NCBI GenBank assembly: GCA_963666735.1
Contig: OY762926.1
Span: 3,008,001 to 3,072,000 of the forward strand
From: Gemmatimonadota bacterium
Lineage (GTDB): Bacteria; Gemmatimonadota; Gemmatimonadetes; Palauibacterales; Palauibacteraceae
Direction: 5' to 3'
Length of the DNA stretch: 64,000 nucleotides
In this document: in pieces, positions 18,933 through 27,911 of the stretch
Layout: every line of letters starts with the position of its first letter
How positions within the stretch are numbered: position 1 is the stretch's first letter
The notes under the pieces: model-generated
What the model was told of the DNA's origin: nothing
The model's input: the letters and a program-made list of their open reading frames with translations, nothing else
The model's database searches: none
Made by a program: the position numbers and the translations under genes

Positions 18933-21338
18933 GTGTCGTCCGAATCGAGAGCCGAATCGAAAGCCGAGCCGAAAGAAGCGCCCCGTCGGTCGTGGGTCCA
19001 CCACGGGAGCCGGCGCGCCGCCGGCACTTCTCCGGCGGCGCCGTCCGGCTCCGCCGCCGTGAACGGGTCCCCGACGCGCGAGGCCCGCCCGCCCGCCGCT
19101 GCCGCCCCGACGCCGGACGCCCCGAGGCCGGACAGCGACGCCGGCGCCACTCCCCGTCCGTCCGGCCCGGAGGTCGGCCACCGCGTAGGGGGCACCCCGG
19201 TCCTCCCGCGCGCCGCGGCGCCGAAGCCCGTTCCCGACGGCGCGAAGCCGGGCCATCCATCGCTCTACTTCAACGCGGAACTCAGCTGGCTGGACTTCAA
19301 CTGGCGCGTGCTCTACCAGGCCATGGACGAGCGCACGCCGCTGCTGGAGCGGCTCCGCTTCCTCGCGATCACGGAGAACAACCTCGACGAATTCGTGATG
19401 AAGCAGGTCGGCGGCCTCAAGCGCGTGCTCGGGGCGGGCGTGGTGAAGCCATCCCTGGACGGGCGCGGGCCCGCCGAACAACTGGATCTCGTGCGCGAGG
19501 GCGTCCGCACCATGCGGACCCGGCTGGCGGAGGTGTGGGAGGAGGAACTCCGGCCGCGCCTCGCGTCGGAACTCGACATCGTCGTGCGCGACTTCGAGGA
19601 TCTGAACGAAGAGGAACGCGAGCACGTGCGCCGCGTATTCGCGGATCGCATTTATCCGGTCCTCACGCCGCTGGCCGTCGATCCGGGACACCCGTTCCCC
19701 TTCCTGTCCAACATGAGCCTCTCGCTCGCCCTGATGCTCGAGCACCCGGAACGCCGGACCCGCCACTTCGCCCGGGTGAAGATCCCCACGGCGCTGCGCT
19801 GGGTCGAACTCCCGGAGAGCGGGCACGTGGTCCCCGTCGAGCAGGTGGTGCGGCACTTCGCGGGCGAGCTCTTCCGGGGGATGAGGATCGAGAGCGCGTC
19901 GCTGTTCCGCGTCACCCGAAACGCGGATGTGGCCCGGGACGAAGAGGTGGCGGACGACCTCCTGCAGATGATCTCCGAAGAGCTTCGCGAGCGGCGCTTC
20001 GCGCGCGTCGTGCGTCTGGAGGTCGAGCCGGGCATGCCCGACGACGTGCGACAGTTCCTCGTTCACCAACTCGAACTGGACGAGGAAGATCTGTACGAGA
20101 TTCCGGGCCTGCTCGAGATGTCGGGTTTTTGGCAGATCGCGGCCGAGGGTCCCTGGGAACACCGGCACGAACCCTGGGAGCCGATGATCCCGCCGCGCCT
20201 CATCCGCGAAGGCGAGACGGAGGACCGTCCCGACATCTTCACGGTGATTCGCGCGGGCGACCTCATGGTGCACCACCCGTACGAGTCCTTCACCGCCACG
20301 GTGCAGCAGTTCATCGAGGAGGCCGCCGCGGATCCCGCGGTCGTGGCCATCAAGCAGACGCTCTACCGGACGGCGGAGCACTCGCGGATCATCGCCGCGC
20401 TGGTGCGGGCGGCCGAGGCGGGCAAGGCGGTCGCCGTGCTCGTGGAGGTCACGGCCCGCTTCGACGAGGCCGACAACATGGAGTGGGCGTCTGTTCTGGA
20501 GGAGGCGGGCGTCAACGTCACGTACGGTCTCGTCGGGCTGAAGACGCACGCGAAGGTCGCGCTCGTCGTCCGCGAGGAAGAGGACGAGATCCGCACCTAC
20601 TGCCACATCGGCACCGGCAACTACAACTCCGAGACCGCGCAGATCTACGCGGACATCGGGATCCTCACGGCGCGTCCGGAGATCGGCCGCGATGCGGTGA
20701 ACCTGTTCCACTACCTGACGGGGTACGCCCCCGACCAGCACTACGAGGAGCTCATCGTCGCGCCCCGCGACCTGCGACGGGCCCTCATCGCCCGGATCGA
20801 GCGCGAGGTTTCCCATGTCGAGGCCGGCCGGAGGGGGCGCATGATCATGAAGATGAACGGCCTCGACGACCCGAAGGTGATCCGCGCCCTCTACGCGGCG
20901 TCCGCCGCCGGCGTGCAGATCGACCTCATCATCCGCGGCCAGTGCCGGCTCCGCCCCGGGATCCCCGGCTTCAGCGAGAACATTCGCGTGCGCAGCATCG
21001 TCGGACGGTTCCTGGAGCACGACCGGATCTTCTGGTGGGAGAACGACGGGAGCGCCGAGGTGTGGATCGGGAGCGCGGACTGGCGCCGCCGAAACCTCGA
21101 CGACCGCGTCGAAGTGCTGCTGCCCGTGCGCGACAAGCGGATCCGGAAACGCCTGCGCAAGACGCTGCGCTTCGCCCTTCGCGACAATCAGCGAGCCTGG
21201 GAACTGCGGCCGACGGGGGAGTACGTGCTGTGCGAGCCCGCGCCGGGCGAGCGCCCCATCGACTATCAGAGCCGGATGTTGAAGGCAGTCCGGAAGCGCC
21301 GCCGCAAGGTGGACGACCACTGGAGCGCCTCGCACTGA
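18933..21338 (+). CDS. ppk1: Polyphosphate kinase 1
   Basis: 'ELSWLDFN', 'NLDEF', 'HPFPF', 'HHPYESF', 'KTHAK', 'IGTGNYN', 'GRFLEH', 'GSADW'. Confidence 0.97.
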   Translation: MSSESRAESKAEPKEAPRRSWVHHGSRRAAGTSPAAPSGSAAVNGSPTREARPPAAAAPTPDAPRPDSDAGATPRPSGPEVGHRVGGTPVLPRAAAPKPVPDGAKPGHPSLYFNAELSWLDFNWRVLYQAMDERTPLLERLRFLAITENNLDEFVMKQVGGLKRVLGAGVVKPSLDGRGPAEQLDLVREGVRTMRTRLAEVWEEELRPRLASELDIVVRDFEDLNEEEREHVRRVFADRIYPVLTPLAVDPGHPFPFLSNMSLSLALMLEHPERRTRHFARVKIPTALRWVELPESGHVVPVEQVVRHFAGELFRGMRIESASLFRVTRNADVARDEEVADDLLQMISEELRERRFARVVRLEVEPGMPDDVRQFLVHQLELDEEDLYEIPGLLEMSGFWQIAAEGPWEHRHEPWEPMIPPRLIREGETEDRPDIFTVIRAGDLMVHHPYESFTATVQQFIEEAAADPAVVAIKQTLYRTAEHSRIIAALVRAAEAGKAVAVLVEVTARFDEADNMEWASVLEEAGVNVTYGLVGLKTHAKVALVVREEEDEIRTYCHIGTGNYNSETAQIYADIGILTARPEIGRDAVNLFHYLTGYAPDQHYEELIVAPRDLRRALIARIEREVSHVEAGRRGRMIMKMNGLDDPKVIRALYAASAAGVQIDLIIRGQCRLRPGIPGFSENIRVRSIVGRFLEHDRIFWWENDGSAEVWIGSADWRRRNLDDRVEVLLPVRDKRIRKRLRKTLRFALRDNQRAWELRPTGEYVLCEPAPGERPIDYQSRMLKAVRKRRRKVDDHWSASH

Positions 21339-21360
21339 CGCGGAGCCTTGCCGCCGCCCG

Positions 21361-22029
21361 CTAAGGCGGGTTTGCCGTCCCCTCCTGGTGCCGGATCGTG
21401 ATGCCTTGGACCATGTAGACGACATCCTCCCCGATGTTCGTCGCGAGGTCGCCGATCCTCTCGAGGTTGCGGCCGATGAGGATGACCTGCAGGCACGCCG
21501 ACAGGTTGTAGTCCGGCATATGCGTGATCATCACCCGGCCCAGCGAGTCCTGGAGCTGGTCCAGCCGGTCGTCCCGGGCGATCACCGAGCGCGCGTCGTC
21601 CGCGTTCCGGTGTACGAAGGCGTCGAGCGCATCGCGCAGCATCGCCCGCGCCATACGGCTCATCTCGTCCAGTTCGGGCGGGACCGGCACCTTCTTCTCG
21701 GCCCCCGCCAGCCGTTCGGCCGCTTCGGCGATGTTCACCGCATGGTCGCCGATCCGCTCGAGGTCGTTGTTGATCTTGAGCACCGTGACGAGCACGCGCA
21801 GGTCGCTCGCCACCGGATGGTGGAGCGCGAGGATCTCCACCGTGGATTCCTCGACCTCCACCTCGACCCGGTCGATGGCGTCGTCCGCTTCCCGGATCGC
21901 TTCCGCGTCCACGACGGGTTGGCCCACGAGCGCCACCGCCCGCTGCACGAGTTGCTCGATGTCGTGCGCCATCCGGTGCAACGTGCGCGTGACGTCGCTC
22001 ACCCGGTCGTCGAACTGCCTGAAGGACAT
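21361..22029 (-). CDS. phoU: Phosphate signalling protein PhoU
   Basis: 'PVASDLR..DLERIGDHAVNIA', 'LERIGDLATNIGE'. Confidence 0.96.
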   Translation of the reverse strand: MSFRQFDDRVSDVTRTLHRMAHDIEQLVQRAVALVGQPVVDAEAIREADDAIDRVEVEVEESTVEILALHHPVASDLRVLVTVLKINNDLERIGDHAVNIAEAAERLAGAEKKVPVPPELDEMSRMARAMLRDALDAFVHRNADDARSVIARDDRLDQLQDSLGRVMITHMPDYNLSACLQVILIGRNLERIGDLATNIGEDVVYMVQGITIRHQEGTANPP

Positions 22030-22043
22030 CGGCGGCGGCCCTT

Positions 22044-22805
22044 CTAGCCCCGCCGGCCCGTGATGTAGGCCTCGGTCCGCTCGTCCTCCGGATTGGTGAA
22101 CAAGCGCTGCGTCTCCTTGTATTCGACCAGGTCGCCCATGTAGAGGAAGGCCGTGTCGTCGCTGATGCGCGCGGCCTGCTGCATGTTATGCGTCACGATC
22201 ACGATCGTGTAGTCTCCGCGCAGATCTCCGATGAGGTCCTCCACGCGGCCGGTCGCGATCGGGTCGAGCGCGCTCGCCGGCTCGTCCATGAGGAGAACCT
22301 CCGGTTCCACCGCCAGCGCCCTCGCGATGCAGAGCCGCTGCTGCTGTCCGGCCGAGAGCCCGAGGGCGTCCGCGTCGAGGCGGTGGCTCACTTCGTCCCA
22401 GAGCGCGGCCGCGCGGAGCGACGCCTCCACCCGATCGCCGATGTCGTCCCGGAACCCGTTGATCCGCAGGCCGAACGCGATGTTCTCGAAGATCGACTTC
22501 GGAAACAGGTTCGGCTTCTGGAACACCATCCCGATGTTGCGCCGGACGTCGGCCGGGTCGACGCCGGGCGCGTAGAGATCCCGCCCGCGGAACAGGACCC
22601 GGCCGGTGACGCGGGCCGTCGGCACGAGGTCGTTCATGCGGTTGAAGCAACGCAGGAGCGTGCTCTTGCCGCAACCGGAAGGCCCGATGAAGGCGACCAC
22701 CCGCTTTTCCGGTATCGTGAGCGAGATGTCCCCGATCACCCGGGTCTCGCCGTAGCGAACGCCGAGCCCGACGGTCTCGAGGACCGCATCCGACGCCACG
22801 GTCAC
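22044..22805 (-). CDS. pstB: Phosphate ABC transporter ATP-binding protein
   Basis: 'GPSGCGKST', '[13 protein letters not shown]', '[13 protein letters not shown]'. Confidence 0.97.
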   Translation of the reverse strand: MTVASDAVLETVGLGVRYGETRVIGDISLTIPEKRVVAFIGPSGCGKSTLLRCFNRMNDLVPTARVTGRVLFRGRDLYAPGVDPADVRRNIGMVFQKPNLFPKSIFENIAFGLRINGFRDDIGDRVEASLRAAALWDEVSHRLDADALGLSAGQQQRLCIARALAVEPEVLLMDEPASALDPIATGRVEDLIGDLRGDYTIVIVTHNMQQAARISDDTAFLYMGDLVEYKETQRLFTNPEDERTEAYITGRRG

Positions 22806-23680
22806 CTCTCGTATCGGTTACGAATCAGAATCGCGGCCGCGTTCATCATGAGCAGCACGCCCAACAGTACCACAATGGCTCCTGCCGCCAGCGCATGGAA
22901 CTCCCCGCGTGGATCCGTGGTCCAGTTGAAGATCTGGATCGGCAGGGCCGTGAAGGGATCCATGGGCGAGACCGGATCGAACGCGATGAACGTCAGGCCC
23001 CCGATGATGAGCAGCGGGGCGGTCTCCCCCCCCGCGCGCGAGAGACCGAGGATGGCGCCGGACAGGATTCCCGGCAGGGCCGCCGGGAGCACGTGGTGCC
23101 GGATGGTCTGCCAGCGCGTGGCGCCGAGCGCACAGGCGGCTTCCCGCAACGAGTTCGGGACGGCGCGGATCGCCTCGCGGGCCGCGATGTTGACGAGGGG
23201 GAGCACGAGCAGCGACAGCGTCGCCGCTCCGGCGAGCAGGCTCCGCTCCAGCGCCAGGAAGCGGACGAACACGGCCAGGCCGAGGATGCCGTAGACGATG
23301 GAGGGCACGCCGGCGAGGTTCGCGATGTTCGTCTTCAGCAGGCTCGTGAAGCGGTTCCTCGGGGCGTATTCCTCCAGGTACAGCGCGGCGCCGACTCCGA
23401 GCGGAAAGGACATCGCCGCCGCCAACGCAAGCATCCACGCGCTCCCGAGGATGGCGGAGCGAATCCCGGCACGCTCCGGGAAACGCGACGGATGGCTGGC
23501 CAGGAACTCGAACGACAGCACCGGCAGCGCGTCCGCGAGGATACTCGCGAGGAGGACGACCAGGGACGCGACCCCGAAGGCCACCGCAAGGCGGCACAGC
23601 CACTTGAACCGGACCCCGGCGCGGCGGCGGGCCTCGAGGCGCGGGTCGAAACGGCCTCCGCGGAGCGCGCCCGGACTCAC
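22802..23680 (-). CDS. pstA: Phosphate ABC transporter permease
   Basis: 'YLEEYA', '[11 protein letters not shown]', 'GETAPL'. Confidence 0.96.
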   Translation of the reverse strand: MSPGALRGGRFDPRLEARRRAGVRFKWLCRLAVAFGVASLVVLLASILADALPVLSFEFLASHPSRFPERAGIRSAILGSAWMLALAAAMSFPLGVGAALYLEEYAPRNRFTSLLKTNIANLAGVPSIVYGILGLAVFVRFLALERSLLAGAATLSLLVLPLVNIAAREAIRAVPNSLREAACALGATRWQTIRHHVLPAALPGILSGAILGLSRAGGETAPLLIIGGLTFIAFDPVSPMDPFTALPIQIFNWTTDPRGEFHALAAGAIVVLLGVLLMMNAAAILIRNRYER

Positions 23681-24591
23681 CGGAAGCTCCCCCGGAAGCT
23701 CCCCCGGAAGCGCGCAGCCATGCGCTGGCTCAGCAGGTTGAGGGCCAGCGTGATGAGGAAGAGAAGGAGGCCGGCGGCGAACAGGGTCCGGTATTCGACG
23801 GACCCGGAGGAGGCGTCGCCCAGGCTCACCTGCACGATGTAGGCCGTCATCGTCTGAACGCTCTGGAGCAGATCCAGCGTCATGCCCGGGGTCGCGCCCG
23901 CGGCCAGCGTCACGACGATCGTCTCGGCGATGGCGCGGGAGATCGCGAGGACGAAGCTGGCGGCGATGCCGGGCAGACCCGCCGGCACCACGATCCGCGT
24001 CACCACCTCGTACGGGGTGGCTCCGACGCCGTACGCGGCCTCGCGCAGAGAGCCGGGGACCGCGCTCAGCGCGTCTTCGGAGAGAGATGACACCATCGGA
24101 AGGATCATGATGCCCACGACGATGGCGGCGCTCGCGGCATTGAAGACGCCCGCCGACGGGAAGAACGACCTGAGGATCGGGGTGACGAGGATCACGGCAA
24201 AGTAGCCGTAGACGACCGTCGGAATCCCCGCGAGAATCTCGAGCGCCGGCTTGACGGTCCGCTTCGTCCGGATCGATGCGAACTCGCTCAGGTAGATGGC
24301 CGTGGCCAGTCCCACCGGGAGCGCGATCAGCGCCGCGCCAGCCGCGACGAGGAGGGTGCCGTTGACCAGCGGGAGGATGCCGAACGACCGCGGCACGAGG
24401 TCCGGGGACCAGCGCGTCCCCGCGAGAAACTCGACCGGGGATACTTCGGCGAAGAAGCCCAGCGACTGGGTGAGCAGCACCACGACGATCCCGACCGTCG
24501 TCAGGATGGAGAGCGCTCCGCAGCCGAAGAGGAGCGCCCCGATCAGGCGCTCGCCGAGGGTGCTAGCCGATCCGGGCTCGGATTTCCGCAT
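23677..24591 (-). CDS. pstC: Phosphate ABC transporter permease
   Basis: '[12 protein letters not shown]', 'SRAIAET', 'LFAAGLLLF'. Confidence 0.96.
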   Translation of the reverse strand: MRKSEPGSASTLGERLIGALLFGCGALSILTTVGIVVVLLTQSLGFFAEVSPVEFLAGTRWSPDLVPRSFGILPLVNGTLLVAAGAALIALPVGLATAIYLSEFASIRTKRTVKPALEILAGIPTVVYGYFAVILVTPILRSFFPSAGVFNAASAAIVVGIMILPMVSSLSEDALSAVPGSLREAAYGVGATPYEVVTRIVVPAGLPGIAASFVLAISRAIAETIVVTLAAGATPGMTLDLLQSVQTMTAYIVQVSLGDASSGSVEYRTLFAAGLLLFLITLALNLLSQRMAARFRGSFRGSFR

Positions 24592-25519
24592 ACGCTTCCG
24601 GCTCGAGCGGTATGTACCCCGTCTCCGGGATCAGGGTCGCCGCCCGCTCGAGGAAGAAGCGCACGAATGCCCCGACCTCCGGTCGATCGAGCGCATCGCG
24701 CCGAATGTAGATGTACATCGGTCGAGCGAGCGGCGTGTACGTGCCGTTCAGGATCGTTTCGCGGGACGGTGCGACGCAACCGGCGCCCCCGTCGACCTCA
24801 ATGGCGCGCAGTTGCCCCCGGTTGTCCTCGAAGTACGCGTAGCCGAAGTAGCCGAGCGCGCCCGGATCGCCGCTCACGCCCCCGACGAGCACGTTGTCGT
24901 CGGCGCTGGCGGTGTAGTCGCTCCGGCTGGCGCCCTCCTCGCCGACCACGGCCGCCGTGAAGTAGTCGAAGGTGCCCGAATCGGTGTCGGGTCCGTACAG
25001 CTTCAGTTCCTCATCCGGCCAGCCCGGGCGGAGCTGGCTCCAGCGCTCGACCTCGGACCCGGGCGCCCATAGCCGCCGGAGTTCGGCCACGCTGACGCAG
25101 GCGACCCAGTCGTTGGAGGGGTGCACGACCAGCGTGAGGCCATCGCGGGCGATCTGCACTTCGACGGGCTCGATGCCCTCCGCCCGGCAGGACGCGGCCT
25201 CGGCTTCGTCGATCTTTCGCGAAGCGTTGGTGATGTCCGTCTCGCCGTTGCAGAACCTCTGAAACCCTCCCCCCGTGCCGGAGACGCCCACCGACACGCG
25301 AACCGCGCGTCCGCCGGCGATCTGGAACTCCTCGGCCATCGCCTGGCTGATGGGGAAGACGGTGCTCGAGCCATCTACTTCGATGAGGCCCGACAGGCCT
25401 CCGTCCGGGTCGGCACCGCAACCCGCGAGCGCAAGGGCCGCCAACGTCGCCCATCCCGCACCGGAGCGACGGGAGCAACCGGGGCGACCGGGGCGAAGCG
25501 GCCTGTCAGGCGGGAACAT
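24563..25519 (-). CDS. pstS: Phosphate ABC transporter substrate-binding lipoprotein
   Basis: Lipobox 'LAGC', 'DGSSTVFP', 'GTGGGF', 'DSGTFDYF', 'PLARP'. Confidence 0.95.
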   Translation of the reverse strand: MFPPDRPLRPGRPGCSRRSGAGWATLAALALAGCGADPDGGLSGLIEVDGSSTVFPISQAMAEEFQIAGGRAVRVSVGVSGTGGGFQRFCNGETDITNASRKIDEAEAASCRAEGIEPVEVQIARDGLTLVVHPSNDWVACVSVAELRRLWAPGSEVERWSQLRPGWPDEELKLYGPDTDSGTFDYFTAAVVGEEGASRSDYTASADDNVLVGGVSGDPGALGYFGYAYFEDNRGQLRAIEVDGGAGCVAPSRETILNGTYTPLARPMYIYIRRDALDRPEVGAFVRFFLERAATLIPETGYIPLEPEAYAEIRARIG

Positions 25520-26873
25520 CGAGGCTCTCCCTGCCCGAGAGCCGGGCGGCATCCGGGAGCGTGAACCAGACGGTGGTTCCGTGGCCGAGCACGCTCTCGA
25601 TGCCGATCCTGCCCCCGTGCGCCTCGACGAAGTGCTTCACGATCGAAAGTCCGAGGCCGGTTCCGCCCCGGGCGCGCGAACGCGCCGGATCGACGCGGTA
25701 GAAGCGTTCGAACACGCGTTCGACGTGTACGGACGCGATCCCCGGGCCGCGGTCGGAGACCTCCACTCGCTGGAAGCGTCCGACCGACCGGATCCGGACC
25801 CTGATGTCCGGGTCCTCATCGCTGTAGCGCGCCGCGTTGTCGAGGAGGTTCCGGATCACCTGGCGGATCGCATCGGGGTCCGCCCAGGCGGGCTGCTCCG
25901 TTCCCGACACGCGCAGTTCGAGGTCGGCGGCCCGAACCTTCGGCGACAGCGTCTCCCACGCCTCCCTCGCGAGGGCGCCCACCGAGACCGCCTCCGGCTC
26001 GGGGTTCCAGTTGCCGGACTCGATCAGGGAGAGGTCCAGAAGATCATCGACCAGATACCGCATGCGGGTCGCATTGGAAAAAATGCGCCGGGCAAAATCG
26101 CCCGCCTGGTCCGCTTCGAGTCCTCCCTCCGCCAGCGCCTCGGCGAAGCCCACCACGCTGGTGAGCGGGGTCTTGAGTTCGTGCGACACATTCGCCACGA
26201 AGTCCCGGCGGACGCCCTCGAGTCGCCGCATGACCGTAAGGTCGTGGAGCACGATGATCGCGCCCGACCGGTGGGGCCGGACCGACATCAGCACCGTGTT
26301 CTCGCCGAGTTCGACTTCAGCCGTCGTGGATTCGCCGCGCCGCGCCGCGTTCACCGCTTCGGCGATCCCGGGGGAGCGGAAGAGCGTGGCGACGCGAGCG
26401 CCGGGCGCCACCTCACGTCCGGCCCAGCGCTCGAAGGCGGGGTTGCAGAGGCTTACGAACCCTTCCCGATCGATGAACGCGAGTCCGTCCTCCAGCCCGT
26501 CGAAGAGCACCCTCAGGTCGCTGGACTCTCGTTCGGAGACCTCCACACGGTGGCGCACCTGCCCGGCCATGCGGTCGATCGCTCGACCCAGGGAACCGAC
26601 GGAACCGACGGAACCGGAACCGGTCGGGCCGATGGAGGGATCGAGGTCGCCGGAGGCGATGCGATCGACGGCTTCCCGCGCCTGTCCGAGCGCCGTCTCG
26701 ATTCTCCGGGCCACGAACCAGGAAGCCGGCCACAGCAGAAGCAGGATGCCTCCGAGCACGGCGGCTTCGATCGCCACGCCCGTCGCGTCGAGCCGGAGGG
26801 TGAACCGGGCGGCGAAGTACGCCACGACGAACACCGCGGCCGCGGCCAGAAAGAAGCGGGTGGCCAATCTCAC
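25506..26873 (-). CDS. phoR: Phosphate regulon sensor histidine kinase
   Basis: HAMP/PAS region, H-box 'RRDFVANVSHELKTPLT', 'FERFYRVD..RSR..GGTGLGL'. Confidence 0.93.
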   Translation of the reverse strand: MRLATRFFLAAAAVFVVAYFAARFTLRLDATGVAIEAAVLGGILLLLWPASWFVARRIETALGQAREAVDRIASGDLDPSIGPTGSGSVGSVGSLGRAIDRMAGQVRHRVEVSERESSDLRVLFDGLEDGLAFIDREGFVSLCNPAFERWAGREVAPGARVATLFRSPGIAEAVNAARRGESTTAEVELGENTVLMSVRPHRSGAIIVLHDLTVMRRLEGVRRDFVANVSHELKTPLTSVVGFAEALAEGGLEADQAGDFARRIFSNATRMRYLVDDLLDLSLIESGNWNPEPEAVSVGALAREAWETLSPKVRAADLELRVSGTEQPAWADPDAIRQVIRNLLDNAARYSDEDPDIRVRIRSVGRFQRVEVSDRGPGIASVHVERVFERFYRVDPARSRARGGTGLGLSIVKHFVEAHGGRIGIESVLGHGTTVWFTLPDAARLSGRESLDVPA

Positions 26874-26895
26874 CGAACGGGCTCCGCCGCGCGAA

Positions 26896-27591
26896 CTACT
26901 TGTCGAGCGCGCGGAATCGGTAGCCGATCCCCCGAACGGTCTCGATCAGGGGAGCGGCGTCCCCGAGCTTGGTCCGCAGCCGGGCGACGTGCATGTCGAC
27001 CGTGCGCGTTTCGATCGCGGCATTCGTGTCCCACACGGCCTGAAGCAGTTGGCGGCGGGTCTGCACGCGTCCACGCCTCTCGAGCAGCACTTCGAGCAGA
27101 CGGTACTCGAGGCGCGTCAGGTCGACCTCGACCCCGTCCGAGAAGGCCCGGTGCGCCTCCCGGTCCAGTTCGACCGGTCCCACGGCGATCCTCCTCGTCG
27201 TCGACACCGGTTCCGCCTTCGCCCGGCGGAGAAGCGCCTCGACGCGCAGCGTGAGTTCGCGCGCGCTGAAGGGCTTCGTGATGTAGTCGTCCGCGCCGAC
27301 CTCAAAGCCCTTGACACGTTCCTCCTCTTCCCGTCTCGCGGTGAGCAGGATGACCGGCATGGAACTCGTGCGCTCGGCGCGCCGCAGTCGCTGCAGCACC
27401 TCGTATCCGTCCATGCCCGGCAGCATGAGATCGAGGATGATGAGGTCCGGCTGCTCGGCCTCCGCCGTCGTCAGCGCGCCCGGTCCGTTTACGGCCGTGG
27501 TGACCCGGTATCCTTCCCGGCTCAGGTGATACACGAGCACGCTGAGGATATCCGGTTCGTCATCCACAACCAGGATCTGTGCGTCCGGCAT
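26896..27591 (-). CDS. phoB: Phosphate regulon response regulator
   Basis: 'ILVVDDE', 'DLMLPG', 'GADDYITKPFS', 'TRTVDMHVARLR..IETVRGIGYRF'. Confidence 0.93.
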   Translation of the reverse strand: MPDAQILVVDDEPDILSVLVYHLSREGYRVTTAVNGPGALTTAEAEQPDLIILDLMLPGMDGYEVLQRLRRAERTSSMPVILLTARREEEERVKGFEVGADDYITKPFSARELTLRVEALLRRAKAEPVSTTRRIAVGPVELDREAHRAFSDGVEVDLTRLEYRLLEVLLERRGRVQTRRQLLQAVWDTNAAIETRTVDMHVARLRTKLGDAAPLIETVRGIGYRFRALDK

Positions 27592-27697
27592 CGTCAACCA
27601 TCCGCGTCAGATGGGCTCAACCATGGAGGCGTCCGCCGCACGGACCCAATCCCCGCAGCATTCCGGACCCCATTCTGGACCCCGTCTGCAGACCGTA

Positions 27698-27726
27698 TCG
27701 TAACATATTCGTAACCATCTCGTGAC
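27698..27726. promoter_or_regulatory. Putative Pho box array (three direct repeats, 11-bp period)
   Basis: TCGTAAC (27698), TCGTAAC (27709), TCGTGAC (27720) between divergent phoB and TBDR. Confidence 0.65.
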
Positions 27727-27783
27727 CGACCGCCGGAGCGCGCCGCGTCCCAAGGCCTCGCGAGGCTTCCGGTCCGTCCAACT

Positions 27784-27823
27784 CGGTAACCCGGCGCGCT
27801 TCGCGCCGTGACGAACCTGTGAC
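27784..27823. promoter_or_regulatory. Second putative Pho box array
   Basis: CGGTAAC (27784), CCGTGAC (27806), CTGTGAC (27817): spacings 22 and 11 bp. Confidence 0.5.
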
Positions 27824-27911
27824 GTTTCCTTGTCCGGAGGCGTTACCGAACCCGCCTATCCTCCGCCCCGGTGGCAGATCCCTGCAGTGAACGCCCGGAG
27901 GATCCAGAGTC

